From Phoronis australis (Eukaryota; Animalia; Phoronida): a stretch of 64,000 nucleotides of DNA. The position numbers and the translations under genes were made by a program. Of this stretch, positions 61,402-64,000 are shown in pieces. The DNA is taken from contig NMRA01000333.1 of NCBI GenBank assembly GCA_002633005.1, positions 186,001-250,000 of the forward strand. The letters are read 5' to 3'. Numbering within the stretch: the stretch's first letter is position 1; each line of letters starts with the position of its first letter. Under the pieces are notes generated by a model. It saw nothing but the letters and a program-made list of their open reading frames with translations. It was not told the origin of the DNA and did no database searches.

Positions 61402-61536
61402 TAGTGCTGTAGTAGCCCAAAGCCCACCGTATCAGCTCGAATACTGAAACGTAACTTACGGTGTGTAGGCACTATGTTCAAATGCCAAAGGGTGGTTGGC
61501 TGCGCCTACATGCGCCTACCCCCCACTACAGCACTG
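61402..61536. mobile_element. 135-bp hAT-type MITE with 8-bp target site duplication
   Basis: TIRs (T/C)AGTGCTGTAGT / ACTACAGCACTG, flanked by perfect direct repeats TGCAAGAC at 61394-61401 and 61537-61544. Confidence 0.8.
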
Positions 61537-62650
61537 TGCAAGACAGACCTCATATGGGGTGACTGACCTTAGGGGAGACGATGACTGCTTGGTATTACTC
61601 ATGTTGCCCAACTGCGAAATACACATGTGGGCTACTACCTTTTAGAGCCATAGTGAACCAGGTATTTCTGATACAAACTACACGGTGTTGCTGTATATTC
61701 CGATACGCGTTTTAATGTTTATAGTATCCCCAAATAGAAGTCCTGGAATATTTTCTAGGCCTATAATTTGAAAATGAACTAGACAATGTAGCCAAGGGGG
61801 TTTAAGGATGGGCGCCAACAGTATGTTGAACATAAGCTGAAATTGTGTTAAAATAAATTGTATCCTGTTACTGGGGGCTTTCGCAAAAATTACAGTATCC
61901 CGACTTTGCACGTTCTCTAGTGCACACGGCCCACCATAACTAAGAACCATGGGATGAGCGACAAGGCGAGACCTGACCAGAATGTTACACTATGATTAAG
62001 TTAGCACACTACACTTTGCTTTGGTAATATTTACACTCAGTCTGTTTAATATCAGAGATAGAAGCCATGTAAATACAGATACTTCTCAGAAAGAAAACTA
62101 ATTTGCTTTTAAGGCAAATGTATTTTTACTGAAAAGATCTTTTAACTTGTAAGTTCAGGCTACCATGGCAACAGATTTTATGTGTTTTTACACTTCTGAT
62201 ACTTTGATGTACTTTTGTCAACACTGCTAAGACATATCAAAATAAACCCTTTATGCATTTAATAACAGATGAAAGCTTATAGTACATTGACTGGGGTTCT
62301 GTTTACATTGTTGTGATGTCTCAAACCATTCAAGTTTTATTGTGTGAAAAGTCAAACAGATCATTACAAATATAAGGAAATGGTTTGTTATTTTTATCCC
62401 TTTGACAGTCATAATGAAACACTCCCTTGTTTATTCAACAAACAGATCTAACTAAGCGTTCATATCTGTTACCATAATTTATCAGAGAATCATTTAATTG
62501 ATTATTATTTTCCATCAGATTCGTTAAGTATATGAACTTCAGTTGACTTCTTCTCAATCTGCTTAAGTTGACACATGATCAGACATGTAATAATGAAACA
62601 CAAATTATGTTAAGAAAATATTGTAAGACTACTAGTCGCACATTTTCAAT

Positions 62651-62744
62651 AATGAATAAATGAATGAATGAATGAAAAGTGAACAAATGAATGAACAAAT
62701 GAATGAACAAATGAATGAACAAATGAATGAACAAATGAATGAAC
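62651..62744 (+). repeat. (TGAA)n / (AATGAATGAACA)n microsatellite
   Basis: Repeated atgaatgaacaa. It produces the FIHLFIHL and HSFVHSFV pseudo-ORFs. Confidence 0.93.
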
Positions 62745-64000
62745 GCAGGGCTCAATATACGTAAACAAGTAAATACTCGACAGTGTGAGTGGAAAAAGTA
62801 AAATATGAGTACAAAAATTAACGTCACTCGTATTAGTCATTCACAATCAAGCAGACGTCAGGCATTTCTTTTTGGTTACGAGCCTATGTGAAGTGCCAAA
62901 TGTGCCGTCACTCGTACTTTCGAGCGGACATTTTCTGCTGTGTCAAATGCAAGAATGAGTGAGAGAAATTCAGAATCAATAAATTGGTGAACGTGTGATG
63001 CAATTGCCAGACAACCATTTAATAATATACAGTTCAGTAGTCTGTCCATATGATCAGATACGCCTGAGGGATCAATCTATATATTTTTATTACACAACCA
63101 TTGAATCTTCAATCCTCTGCTTTTTTGTCTCTAATCAGATTAGCATTGTTCTCTCCGGCTTTGATATAGCGGCATCGTCTGCTAACGTTGACAGGCAGGG
63201 ACTTATGGTTTCAGCCACCCAATTGGTCAGATCGCAAATAGCACGATATTCCATGGCCTGACTGCTTCCTATTAACACCTAAATATATATTACATAACAC
63301 ATGCCGTAACTGTGGGTTACATGACATGCTTCACCCTCCTTTAAATCCGCTTGCATATCAGGGATCGCGTGAATTATTTTTAAGACATGCAATTACACAC
63401 ATCTTGAGCAGAAGATCATAACAAGACACTGTGTTAAAGAAGATAATTACTTGGTAAAATTTTATTGAATTAATAAAAGAATATCACAATACAAAACTTG
63501 TTGTAACTATTAATAATATTATTTGCTTATATTGACAAAATACTCCATGTTTTGCAACCACGTCATCCCACAACTATGGTGAAATGGAGATTATCCAGCT
63601 GCTGCTGCCACTACGGGTGGCCGGCACCAAATTGCTGACTCACCAACATGGCTTCAATTGGAGGATCACAGAGAAGAGCCCGCAGTTGTTGCAGTCTTCA
63701 GCAGAGAGTGTAGAAATTGGCCTGAGGGTGATGTGTCGCCAAATGTTTTGGGAGCCTTAATGGCTCCTATCTGTCAGGATACCAACCGGGCTGGCTAGAT
63801 ATACCTGATCCACCAGAATCATCTGACAATTGCAGAAGGATGTGGCTGACATGACGCTTACACGAGCAGCACACGTATCGAGTTCGAGGCAGTCCAACAA
63901 GCTCTCCTGTGCCACATAATGATTCTTAGAGTGGTTAGACCGACAGTGAGTTGGACGCCAAAAACAGGCTAAAACCCAATTAAAAAATTGCCACTACGAG

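Noticed and set aside
62579-62840. ORFs with FIHLFIHL/HSFVHSFV repeats
   Set aside because: Translation of a TGAA-based microsatellite.

Overview
AT-rich, intron-rich eukaryotic (metazoan) genomic DNA. The three conserved genes and the repeat types suggest an invertebrate deuterostome or similar marine animal, but this is inference. Three spliced genes can be assembled by hand with consistent GT-AG junctions and reading phases. (1) A complete 29-coding-exon TTC21B/IFT139 gene on + (22260-44357, 3951 nt, 1316 aa). (2) The last 8 coding exons of a TIMELESS (Tim2/Timeout-type) gene on - (59811 to 47550), convergent with TTC21B. (3) An unnamed - strand gene (ATG at 20521, at least 12 exons, continuing off the left edge) arranged head-to-head with TTC21B. 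Its protein carries five copies of a CSPP1-type 'PWGKGGGGAP' motif, making it a candidate new ciliary or microtubule protein. The introns contain minimal hammerhead-ribozyme-like motifs of the Penelope type, several MITEs (one hAT element with a perfect 8-bp TSD), a HINE/DINE-1-like element, mini- and microsatellites, and RFX X-box-like sites. A ~2.6-3.5 kb tandem duplication joined at an N is probably an uncollapsed haplotype. All protein identifications are from recalled sequences; no searches were run.
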